DNA of 64,000 nt from Vicugna vicugna (Eukaryota), in contig MU057416.1 in assembly GCA_013265495.1 (NCBI GenBank), positions 366,545 through 430,544 on the forward strand. Direction: 5' to 3'. The notes under the pieces are model-generated. The model was not told the DNA's origin. It searched no databases and saw nothing but the letters and a program-made list of their open reading frames with translations. Positions 41,330 to 52,990 of the stretch are shown one piece after another. The stretch's first letter is position 1; each line of letters begins with the position of its first letter. A program made the translations under genes and the position numbers.

Positions 41330-41525
41330 TCTAGTTACACAGTGCTTGACACCTCTCAGAGCTCTTTCAAACCCACCGCTATCCTTGATATTTACAATAA
41401 CACAACAAGGAAGGCAGTGTGAGTGTCGTTATTCCTTTATGGCGAAACTGAGATCTAGAATAGTGTGTGATGGTGGAAACTCCTAAAGCAACGGAGGAAC
41501 GGCACCATGTCTCACTCCAGCACCT
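41330..41525 (-). mobile_element. MIR SINE
   Basis: cagagctctttca...tatttacaataac...ttattcctttatggcgaaactgagatctag. Confidence 0.6.
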
Positions 41526-42476
41526 ACAAGTGCGACAACTGTGAAAACGTTCAAAGTTCAGTATCTCAGACATTCAAGTAAGTGACTGGACCATGTTGAG
41601 ACATCTATCGTGGCCTGAAACCTGTATCCTACAGGAGAGGGTCCAGAGATGTTCTGTGTCACACATTTACATATAAATTGCTTTCATTACAAAATTAGCT
41701 CTTGGTAGTCATTTTGTTTGTTTGTCAGGGGTGGTCTGAATCCTGGGTGGTAAAAATTGGGATGAGACAAAAATGAAAGGTATCTGAGCAGGACGTTTCT
41801 CCGGCATTCTGAATTTACAACTAGCAAACATGGGCTGTGTGGTCAGCTCTTAGACATTTGGGATTTGGGCCAAACATACTAAAAAGGGTGCCTCTTTTTT
41901 TTTTTTTGGACTCTAATAGACAAACCTTTTCATAAACTTAGATTTTTAGCTCTAAGTGACTCAGATACTTTTAATTTTTCTTGGTTTATTATCCTCTCTT
42001 GAGTGTGATGACTACACTTCCTACAAGTATGTAAAAGTCAAACATATTTGGGAAATCCAGGATTTCCCAAATATGCACGTGGTTCACGTAGAACAAAGGC
42101 AAAATCTCACAATTGTGGCTTTTCCGTGTTTGTGTGGCTGTCTTGTCATCAAAGAGAAAAGGGAAGTAGATTGATCGTCTGTTGTCTAACATGTCCCGAT
42201 TTCCGATGCCTTAGCTAACGAGACGCGAAGCACATTTCCTGCTTTCTTCCAGTCACAGGGAGACAGCTACACAGACGGCACGCAATCTATGAACAGAAAC
42301 TCTAATTTTAGAATTAAATTCACCAAAAAAATTATTATTATAATCGCATCTCAAATTAAAATAACAAAATTATATTTGTTTAAAAGGATAATTATTTTAT
42401 TAGCGTTTTCATTTCACATTTCACAGCCTTTGAGTGTTTATATCTAGCTACCAAAGAGCATGAATGTTCACATGAA

Positions 42477-42599
42477 GGGGGGAGGGTATAGCTCAGTGGT
42501 AGAGCACATGCTTAGTATGCATGAGGTCCTGGGTTCAATCCCCAGTACCACCTCTAAAAATAAATAATAAAGTCTAATTACCTTCCCCTGCAAAAATAA

Positions 42600-42647
<48 letters not shown>
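42477..42647 (+). mobile_element. Camelid tRNA-derived SINE (Vic-1 type) with (TAA)~16 tail
   Basis: GGGGGGAGGGTATAGCTCAGTGGTAGAGC...GGGTTCAATCCCCAGTACC; 14-bp TSD at 42463-42476 and 42648-42661. Confidence 0.92.
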
Positions 42648-42651
<4 letters not shown>

Positions 42652-42692
42652 TTCATGTGAAATATCCGGGACTTTGTTATAATGTAGATACT

Positions 42693-43048
42693 CATTTTCA
42701 TAATCTTTTTTTATCAAAGGTTATTACAAGATATTGAATATAGTTCCCTGTGCTATACAGAATAAATTTATTTTTTATCTATTTTTATATATAGTGGTTA
42801 ACATTTGGAATCTCAAACTCCCAAATGTATCCTTCCCACCCCTTCCTCCAGTAACCGTAAGATTGTTTGCTATGTCTGCAAGTCTGTTTCTTCTGTAGAC
42901 GAGTTCGTTAGTGTCCTCAAAATGAATATATGGCTGTACATGCATGAGTGAGACATTGTGCTGCGCACCAGAAATTGACATTGTCACTGACTCTACTTCA
43001 ATAAAAAAAATTAGAAATTTAATTTAATTTAAAAAAACTAAAACAACC
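42693..43048. mobile_element. 5'-inverted L1 3' end (minus 42693-42918, plus 42919-~43045)
   Basis: Two adjacent parts of the L1 3' UTR in opposite orientation, A-rich tail on the right, TSD tgtagatact / tgcagatact. Confidence 0.8.
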
Positions 43049-43170
43049 TGCAGATACTGATTCTGCAGGTTGCAGGCATGGCCTTAGCTGCGGCGCGTCC
43101 CTCTAACAGTGTCCCAGGTAATGCTGCCTTGCTGGTCTGCTGGGCACATGTGCATTAGCGGGGCTCCAGG
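43049..43170. mobile_element. MER5A-like fragment (right part of the interrupted element)
   Basis: cagatactgattctgcagg...tctaacagtgtcccaggtaatgctgccttgctggtc. Confidence 0.65.
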
Positions 43171-46100
43171 AACTGTTTAGAAGCCTCAAATTAGGACGGG
43201 AGGTAGAAGCCAAGTAGTAGGGCTTCCTGACCATCTGCAGTGAGAGGGACAGAGGGTCTCCCACCCCTGTTTTCCTTTCTCTCCTCTATCGTCAGTTCTC
43301 ACCCTCACCCTCCCAGTCCTGTCTTATCTTGCTGGCATCAGACAGCGTGTGTTATCTCAGGAAGGTACCAAACTCCAGGCGATGCCTTCCAGAAGGGCCA
43401 CAGACATCCACCTGAGATCCTCAGCCACAGCCGAGGAAAACAGATTCTATAAAAATGCAGTTGCACCCTCATCAAAGTGCAGCCACCTTATTAGCCTCAT
43501 CAAGGTACTGCATTTATCTCTCATCCACAAGTTTAACTCTGGAATGCTTACACTGAGCTCTTGGATTGAGGGGTTCAAAACATATAACTAATTTTTTTCT
43601 CTGGTTTTTGTTTGTTTGTTTGTTTGTATGCCAAAATGAATTTGAAAATAGCCTACTGGTTTTCTGAAATGTTTGCCTGGCGTTCTGCTGCTCTGGTTTT
43701 GTTAAAGAACATTTTCCAGTAGCTTTGTCCTACCAGACGGCACCAGGTTGTGTAAATGTAACTAGGGAAGGCTTTATCTGTTGGGTATCCAGTGGGGAAC
43801 GTTTTAGGGGCAACGACTTAGAGAGGAAGCATTTCGATAAAAGGTGAGATTGTTTTATGGTCTTCAAATACCACCTTTAAGTGACTGCCTACTGCGTCCT
43901 GGTTTGGGCATTTATGTGTCTTCTGACATCACACCGGCGACAAACTTGAGCTGCTCTGCCTTCCTTGATACCAATTGAATATCCATGTAATTGAACAGAG
44001 CGACGTGTCAGGTTGAAGTGTTTTAACCCTATTTGTGGAGTTGTAAGTATTTATATAAACTTCTGCTGAATGTTCTTTTAGTCTTCCTGAGTCCTCTTTT
44101 GGCAAAGATTTCTTTTCTGTTATTTTTTGTTTATTTTCAAAAACATCACTCAGTTTATGATAAGGACTTATTTGACACTTAACTGAATGAAAGCAAGTGT
44201 CTTACTGGCAGTTAGCTTTAAGAAATTACCGTATGGAGCCTGGAAAATAAAATAGAAAAGGTACAAGGAATACGAGTTCACACCACAACTCCAGCCTCTG
44301 AACCTGGGTAAGGACACGGCTTTCACAGACACCCCAAATTACCTGGCGAGGTCTTCAATTATGGAAATTGTTAGGCCTTCCAGACATCACATTATGTTTG
44401 AGCTGCATCTGTATATTCAGTTCAAGGTATCTACTTCCAGCTCCTGGGTGGTCTAAAATTGAGATAATTAATTAAACCTTTTGAAAAGTATCTGCCAACC
44501 ACATTTTGTCTTGGATGAAAGACTGTATTTCATGCTTTCCTTAAAGAAAGTTAATACCCAAAGTCTGCATGTTGCCACTGTCTTGAATTAGAACTTCCCA
44601 GACCTGAACATTGGCCGTTCACATGCAATCTCCTTTAATAACTTATGAAAATTTAAATTAAATTGGATTAATAATTTATGTAGAAAGTTCTACCAAGGAA
44701 GTTCAACATTTTTAAGTTTCAGAATAATCAGCAAAAAATATCCGTTAGAAGAATGGGGGGTTGGAGTCACTCTTTTGAAGATTGTTTTAAAAGACATTAA
44801 ATACAAGGGGCAAAGCTCCCACCTAGTGAGTTGTTTCAGAGTAACACGTAATGCGAACAGTACACTTTTTGATGTTTTAGAATTTTTTTGGAAGTTTAAA
44901 AGAAGGTGAAGTCATTCTGCCCCTTCCCCAAACAGATGAGTCTTTCCCACTTGTACGGGGGCGAGGTGGGAGGGGACTAGTCACGTTAGTTGACTGCTTT
45001 AGTGGACGGATGATTGTTATGCTGGAAATTTCGAGTTGAAGCTTCAGGTCTTTAGCTGAGGATCTTAGCGATGGGCTTGGGGAACAGAAAGCAAATGTCA
45101 AAAATATGCTTCTCAGTGGGGACTGAAATGATCATACAGTGGGCACTTGAACTAAAGCGACTGCAGCACCGGTCCTTTGACAGCTGCTAAGTCAAATAAA
45201 AGTCCACTGGCTCAACCTGGCTAAGGGGTCTGGAAGGGCACCGAGGCGTGGACGGTCATGCAGTAAGGGATTTCTTTTCCTTTAGTAGCCGAAAGTAGAC
45301 AAGAATCTAGTGGACGCCCCTCGGCTAGTTTCCCCACACTTCTGGAAAGTTCTGATCCCACGCTTGCCCCGGAGCAGTCGTGTTCCACTTACCCATCTCA
45401 CGATGTACTGGGCCAGGTATGGACGTGATCCAAGCCCACTGAATCACAGTCCTTTTCTTAGGAATTTGAAGTTGTGATTAAGAGATGTCAGATTCGGTCT
45501 ATAGATGAGGAAGGAAAGTTCATTTTCAGCAAGAATATAGACTAGAGAATAAAGAAATTCGATCTTCAGCAAGAACAGAGACTCGTGACGCAGAGCCTGC
45601 AGTGTGGGTAGTGGGCTTCTTGAGTTTCCTGCGAAGCCGTCGTCGGCTTCCGTCTTAGTGCTGAGTTCTGCTCTGGCCGTTGGGTTTCCTGACATCTTTC
45701 CTTCAGTCCCAAGACCTTTGTTCCCTGGACTGAGATCTGACACAGACTGACCATCGAAATACATTTCCATTCTAGACAGGTATGTTACAATTTCTCCTCA
45801 TGTCAAATCGATAGAAACAAGCCTGACTTTCCCTCTGATATATTTAACAATTTGCATTTTAATAAAAAAAAAAGTCACATCCCTTTTATTGGAGCTTCCA
45901 AGAGCAAATGAGAAGTTGTCTTAATATTCGCCTGGGACACTGTGTGAGGCCCCACTCTTTCCTCCGGTCATAATGTGCCTCATAAGGTGAAACCAGTCAG
46001 CTAACCAATATTTATTGAGAATGTGCTGTTTTCCAGCCCTATCATCAGTTGGGAAAATAAAAGAGAGAATAATGCCTTTCCCTACCTCGCAGGAAGAGGT

Positions 46101-47934
46101 GATAAGGTATAAAGTCATCAAAGTGCATCTGAAATAATAAATTTGCAGGTTCCTTTTAATGTATTGAATAACATATAATCTACTATAATATAATCTAAAA
46201 ATAAGAAGCATAGAAAGGAAAACAGTTTTGACATTAAGGGAGTTAAAGTCCAGGAAACATTAATATTAACGGTAGAAGAACTTTCGGGAACACTGCTCTC
46301 CAAGTATCTCTTATGACTATTTCCTTTTGATTTTTTGATGTTTTCTGGTGCCTATAAATGGTATGATTTTCATTAAGTTCCTTGTGGGAGCTTCTTATCA
46401 ATGATTTAAGCTCATCGACATCACTTCCCACCCAATGATCCTCTCCTTGAAATAGCCTCAAATCAACTCCCACAGGAGGGAGGGCGCAAGGGAGGGAGGG
46501 CAACTCTGGTGGCAGTGCTATGTCGTCTGATTCTGACTTTCCACCTAACTTAGAGGGTTGCCAAAATAGTCAGGGTTTTACAAGTAAGCAGATACCGCTT
46601 TTCTCATTCGCTTTCGTTCATGAAAGCAAAAGTGAGATCGCACCTTTCATCCTCCGAAGAGTTTCAATCACAGGGGCTTTTCTTTCCGCTTCTGCCCCCT
46701 GCACCCTAAAGCCACAGCCCTGGCAGCTCTGACTGGTTCCAGATTGCTGGAACCTTGATCTCTTCAGATCCTTGCTGTGAAAATTCATCCGGATCTCTGC
46801 CTCTCAACTTTCCCGTCCATCCACTCCTGTTCCTCCTGTGCTCTGCAGTTCTGGGGGAGTAGAAATTTGCCAAGACCCCTCTCTAGTCGTGAGTGGAAGT
46901 GAGGCTATCAGCAAGCACTCTGTAAGGACACACTGTCTAGCTGCAACGCCTCTGCTAAATATATTTCAGCTGCCCTTTCATGCCGTTTTCCAGAATATTA
47001 GGGCATCTGATTAAATTATGCATGCTGTCTTGACCAAATAAGGCGTTTGCTTCATTTTAATGGGGAGCAACATTTATTTTCTTATCCTAAAAGAAATCCA
47101 CAGAGCTCTCATTGGAATAAAGATTAATTTTATCTTTAATATGGTAACTATCTAGACATAACTGTAATTTTTTTCAGATGTGTCCTCTTAATTTGAAGAG
47201 GCAGATTTTCCTTACCTGCCTCTTACAATTAACAATTGATTTGATAACTAACTTCAACTTTTCTTCTGGGTTTTACAGCATATGTTCTCGTCATATCTCC
47301 AATCTGCGAACTGAACGTATCATTTGAATGTGCAATTTAGAATCAACATAATTATTTTAAATGCGTTCTTTCGATGTTTCAGATGACTATTGAAATTTAT
47401 ACAATGGGGTCAAATTGCAATTTGCAAACTTTTGTGCATATTGAAAGTGATTTCTTTGGCAGTGATATGTTTTTCCACAGATGATGATGATGGCGGCTGT
47501 CCTCTGCTGGTCTGAATTTAATTTCAGTCATTTTTATTCATGATATTCTAAGCCATGGCATAGGAAGGAATACATAACTTCCAAAAGTGCTGAATGCTCT
47601 CTGGGATGCAGTTTATCCTACTGTTAAATACTATACATCATAAGCAAACAATTCATGTAGAAAAATGTGCCTGTTCTTCGCAGGGAGGTAAATAGATAAG
47701 CTGCCCAAGGTACAAGGAAATAGAGCGTGGATAATGCAGGTTGGAGATACTCTCTTGCTTAAGTGATGCATTAAATCAATATTCTGTGAAGTCTTTTTCT
47801 TGTTATGTTATTTACTGGGATACTGTCACGGGTTTCCATTAAATTGTCTATTTCAGAAGAAATACTTTTTCTCAGTTCCCAATCTCATTTGATTAGTATT
47901 CTTTAAGATCTTTCACTATATATGCAAATTATCA

Positions 47935-48480
47935 ACCATTTCCATTATGTCACTCTTCTGCTCGAAGACCTTCAGTGGTTCCCTATCCCTTGTCACACCA
48001 CATGGAACCATTTTTGCCTGATTTTCAAAATCTGCGGTCCCTGTGTCTTTCCCTAACTCTGCAACGTGACTCCCTAATGTTAACCTGTACGCTCCCTAAA
48101 GCAGCCAGGGCGGCTTCCCATGTCATATGAACATCATGCTGGTCTCATCCTCCGTAACTTCAGCCTCTTCCTCCTGTTCCTCTTCCTCCTCCTTCTTGTG
48201 GGTGTGCGTGTGAGTGTGTGTGCGATGCCTTTTCTCCTCACCCCTTTCTTTGATCTGTAAAAACTGAAGATCCTTCTCTCTAAAGCCTTCTCCCACTCCT
48301 TCAAAAATAACTGAGTGTCATCTTTAAAAGTTCCTGCACACAGAGGCACACATACTCTATAACCTCATAATGTCGCTTTTATTGTATTTTTATTCTAATA
48401 GCCATTACCACCGATCAGGAGTGTTACGAAGTCTAGTCTGTCTAGTCACCGGGGGAACTGGACACAGTGTGGCAAATACG
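47935..48480 (+). mobile_element. Degenerate L2 fragment
   Basis: attatgtcactcttctgctcgaagaccttcagtggttcccctatccctt, a typical L2 motif. Confidence 0.6.
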
Positions 48481-49239
48481 TGTCCTCTCTTACAAATATG
48501 CCAGAATCAGGAAACTAACTGAATCCAAAACCCACTGCCCCTTACCCTGTGAAGCTGCCTGTATCATGTGAGTGATTTCTCCACGGTTAAATGCTGTGTT
48601 TTACAGGAAGGAGTCTGCACCTTCAGATCACGTCTCTGTTTCTTCAAAACTCTGTGATTCCTGACAATAGTTTATGGTTCTTTATTTTTCAAGAAGGTGA
48701 TAAAACACTAAGGACACACTTGGCATTCAGTAAAAACATTTCTGGCAGGAATATACTAATTTAAGACATGCTTTTAGAGAAGTCTGGCAAATCAACTTGA
48801 TTTGTGTCTATTGGAACTTACGAAGAAGTACCGAACTGGTGACATCTGTCATAAAATCTTCAGGTAAGATCTAAAAAAATATCCAACACAAGACGGGTGT
48901 GGAAAAATGCTTGTGCATGAGTAAATAACCCAACTTTGAAAACTGAACGGGGCGTTGTACTGTACTTAAGAAAGAAAAAGACTAGGCATTTTGTATGTAT
49001 CAAATCTTAAAATGACAGATGCATAAGCTAAATCCAAAGTTAATTACAACAGTCCATAAATATTAATAAGATAGATATTTTGTATCTTTGTTTTCCCCAC
49101 TCCTGAATGTTCAGTGAATGCTTTGAGATATTGGATAACTTTGTTCAAACCCCTGAAAAATAGTTGAAAACACTTAGGTTATCCTGGAAAATATTTTAAC
49201 AAATATTTAGTTTTGGCTTTTTTTTTTCCAGGTGATAGG

Positions 49240-49405
49240 TGATACACTGGCCTTATTTTGAGTTCTAATCCCTGAAATCTGTGACTACCACCTTAAATGG
49301 TAAACGACGGGATTAATCTTGAGATTATCCAGGTGGTTGCAATGTAAGTACACGCGTCCCTATAAGAGAGAGGCCTGGGGAAGTCTGACCCAGGCAGAAG
49401 GAGAA

Positions 49406-49436
<31 letters not shown>

Positions 49437-49718
49437 GACAGATACACACACAGAAGGGAAGGTGCTGTGAAGATGGAGCAAAAATTGGAGTGATGCGGCC
49501 ACAAGCCAAAGAACGTCAGACGCCACCAGAGGCTGAAAGAGGCAGGAACAGACGGGCGACTGAAGCCCCTGGAGGGAGTGTGGTCCTGGCTGACACCCTG
49601 AGGTTGGCCTCGTGACCCTGACTTTGGACTTCTGGCCTCTGGAACTATGGCAGAATACCTTGCCTTAAGTCGCTAAGTTTGTGGTAGCTTGTTACAGCAG
49701 TCGTAAGAAGCTAATGTA
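49240..49718 (+). mobile_element. MLT1C/D-like MaLR LTR containing a (CA)n tract
   Basis: ctaatccctgaaatctgtgac...gagattatccaggtgg...gtgatgcggccacaagccaa...gacttctggcctctggaact...gtttgtggtagcttgttacagcag. Confidence 0.85.
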
Positions 49719-50159
49719 AGTGACTGACTTTTCTTAAGATTAAGCTCAGCGGTGCTAAGGCAACATTAGAACAAGTTAAACATGACGGAAGCACTGCACT
49801 GTGTCCCATCATTTATCTAAATCACTCATACGTTCTTGCACATAATTTTTAACTTTGGCGCACAACATCATTTGTATTTTTATATAATATTCTTACATGC
49901 TGGAGATACAAAATATTGATTTTAAAACTGAGAATTAGTTGATCAGTCAGATTGGGATCAACTGTAGAGTTTAACAAAACAAGTGTTGGCAGAAACAGCC
50001 CCCAAGTATGAATCAGTCCTGCCACAAGGTGTATTGCTATGCAGACATGTGCTTTTTATAAAATCCAATGATGAGACTAAGAATTTTTTAATGAGGATCA
50101 TAGGGAAGCTTTGATTACAAACCACAGATGCAGGATGTTTTTTAAAAATGGGATGTTTC

Positions 50160-50357
50160 CAGTGGAGTGCTGGGAAAGGTTCGGCTCTGGGAGGGGCTGA
50201 GGGGGAGGCAGGAAAGAATACTGATTTTAGAAAACTTGTTGATTTCCATGATGTAAAAACACTGAGCGTGGCTGGTGTGACGTCACTGAACACATGGGTA
50301 GATGTTGAAATTGGCTCTTGCAAGTCTGTCCAGCTGGGTTTTAATTCCAACCACTAG
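50160..50357 (-). mobile_element. MER63-like hAT MITE
   Basis: Ends cagtggagtgctgg...caaccacta; internal gtgacgtcactgaac and ggctcttgcaagtc match recalled MER63A. Confidence 0.6.
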
Positions 50358-50804
50358 ATATTTCTCACTTCTACACTGGATTTCAAAACAGATGTCCCTG
50401 CCATGCGCTTGCTGTGGTCGCTTATACTCAGAGTTTATCTTCCCACCCTGTTACCTGTTTTTATGAGTAATTATCTGCATGCGGCAAAAAACGCCCAGAA
50501 GCACGTATGGCCAATAAAGCTTTGCAGAGAGACTTAAATATCAACACAATCCCAAAACTAGACTTCACATTCGTACTTTAATTTTTTTTTCTGAAAAGAC
50601 ATCACAGAGGGAGGTGACCGGTTTTAGGCAGTTTCAGAGGCGGCTTCATGTAAGTGGTACGTTTGAGTTGCGTCTTTAGAATAAAAAACTCCAAGGAACA
50701 TAGAGAAAAGATGATAACGTGATACGGGGCGTGAAGGGGCCGGGAGCTTTGAGTGGAAAATGAGACGTTCAAATCAAACTTATTTCATTCTAGGGAAACT
50801 GCTC

Positions 50805-50905
50805 CCGAGCGAGGCGGGGCCGAGCCGGCGGGGCCGCTCTGCGGCGGGGCGGGCGGTTCTCGGGGCGCCGCAGCCGTGGCAGGGTAGCCCTGGGAGACCG
50901 CGTTC
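50805..50905. promoter_or_regulatory. GC-box (Sp/KLF) cluster in a small CpG patch
   Basis: GGCGGGGC at 50813, 50827 and 50843, overlapping GGGGCGGG at 50846. Confidence 0.45.
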
Positions 50906-51479
50906 CCTCTGCTCCCTGGAAAGCCCCAGCTCTGACTGGAGCCCCGAGTCGGAGACTTCCCAGGACTGAGGCAGGCTTCCACACGTCATGTTTTACATGT
51001 TGACCAGATGGCCCCCAGAACTGGTTTAAAAGAAAACGTTAACACGAGGGAGGCAGAGTGCGCCTCTGAGCTGAGCAGACACCCCCTACCGGCTGCACAG
51101 CAGCCCAGGGAAGTTGGCTTTTGCGTGACAGATACATTTCCCCAACCGGTGGAATTCCTCTTCTTCGTGTGATAAGTAAATACAACCATGGTGGGTGGGT
51201 GTCACTGCAGGAATGACAAGCAGCGGTTCCTTGGGACACAGTGGTGTAGGAGATGAGGGAACAGAGGGGACAGAGCAGATTTACCACGCAGACCATCAAT
51301 GGATTGGGAAGATGGAGAAGGGGAGGGAGTCCCCGGCTTTGCTTCCGTAGGGGAGAGAGCAGAGGGAGTTCTTTGCTGGAGGAAAGAGGTGGGCGAGGAT
51401 AACCAAAGAGTGGGAAGGGCATTTGGGAAGCTCTCTCGTGATCTAAAAGTGGTAGGAAGAGCTTGAGGACTCTGTTCTA

Positions 51480-52990
51480 GCTCAGGGAGTCTTTCCTGAG
51501 CTGAGACCAGTCCGCCGTGAGTCCACTGAGGTGGCCTTCATTTCGATGACAAGAGTTTTGGTCTCTAGCCTTCCTTTGTGTTTCTTTCTTAGAGTTCCCC
51601 TGTCTCTGTTCATGCTGGCTGTCTGTTCTTGCAAGCCATTTACTTCATCCATTAGCCCCCTTGGCAGATGAATCATAGCTGTTTTAAACCCCTAGTCTGA
51701 TCATTCCAACATCCCCAACTCATCTGATTCTGTTGCTTGCTTTGTTTCTTCAAATTGTGTTTTCTTTTTTTAAATTATGGTGTGCCTTTTAATTTTTTCT
51801 TGATAGCAAGACATAATATAAACAGTAAAAGGAGCTGCTGTAAGTAGGCTCTAGACGAGCTGTGAAGGGGAAGGGAGCTTTCTGTGGTCCAACGGTTGTA
51901 AAAAAAAATGGGACATGAGGGGATGATCATGTCCCAGACCTCTGGTGAGGCCATGAGAGAGGCTACCAAGTGAGGGCCCTTGGCTTTGCATAAGGAAAAA
52001 TTAAAGAGCCAGCCACAGTGAAGTGAAAGCAAGTCTATCCACAGAGATGCACATTCCACAGACAGAACGCGGTCAGGCTCAGAAGGCGAAGTGGCCTTCA
52101 GGCCGTGGGGCTGCTGGTTCTCATGGCTGGGTAATCTCATCTGCTAAAGAGCGGGAGGGTTATACCAACCATTTTGGGGAAGGGGTGGGGATTCCCAGGT
52201 GTTGGGCCACCACCCACGTTTTGGCCTCTTCTGGTCAGCCTCGGAATGGTCATCGTACCTGTGGAAGTGCCATTCAGCAGCTGGTGTGCTGTGGTGAGCG
52301 ACAGTGAGGGTCCAGGTCTGCTGGACGTTGAGTCTTCTGCCATCTTGGGACTAGTCGTTTTTAACCAGTTTATGTTGAGTCCTCAACAGCTGTGTCATTC
52401 TTTTAAAGAGAAGTGATTATTTCCTTTCCCCAGGTCTGTTAGGCTGTGACAATACCCAGCAAGGCTAACCTCTGGTTAACTAGTCTTTCCAGAGGGCAGG
52501 CCTTGTTAAGAAGGATAGAGTGCTCTGATGTATTTCAAAACTGTACCTTCCCCTTCTCCCTGCTGGAAGCCTGGTGGATTCCTTTCCCCCATGACATGTC
52601 GACCTGGTCGACCTCCTGGAGTAAACCTCACAATACTGTGCCCTACTCGCCATGACTGGGTCCCCCTGGAGTTCTTAACTCTGAGTGTTGTCTCCACTTA
52701 GCCTCCAGCAATCCGTTGGGTTCAAGGCATGTGTTCTATCCCAGCTCAGGGTTCCTGAAACCATTTTGGCTGCCAAGTCACTGCCCCTGGAGGCCATGAC
52801 TCCCTGCTTTCACCTGTCTCTCCAAACGTGGGGCAGCAGTTTGCCCTGAGTCCTCCCCTCTCTTGTGGACCCAAGAAGAGTTGTTGATTTTTCCATCTGT
52901 TCCATTTTTGAGTTGTTCCTGGGCTGGAGTGTCAACTTTCAAGCTCCTCACATGCAGAAACAGAAAACGGAAGTCCACACACAGCCATGG
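51480..52990 (-). mobile_element. Old L1 (L1MC/MD-like) 5'/ORF1 region, interrupted by an LTR
   Basis: ORF 51482-51676 (LMDEVNGLQEQTASMNRDRGTLRKKHKGRLETKTLVIEMK) resembles the L1 ORF1p coiled coil; flanking sequence is L1 5'-like. Confidence 0.7.
51897..52432 (-). mobile_element. ERV1-like solo LTR
   Basis: About 535 bp bounded by TG...CA, breaks the L1 sequence; contains gccatcttgg and ggccaccacccacgttttggcc typical of ERV1 LTRs; TSD not clear. Confidence 0.6.

Noticed and set aside
42477..42550. tRNA gene
   Set aside because: tRNA-like head of a SINE with AT-rich tail and TSD; the same applies to 14300-14373
42468..42701. Poly-Ile hydrophobic ORF
   Set aside because: Translation of the SINE (TAA)n tail
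50278..50285. Perfect CRE TGACGTCA
   Set aside because: Part of the MER63-like element sequence; no independent sign of function
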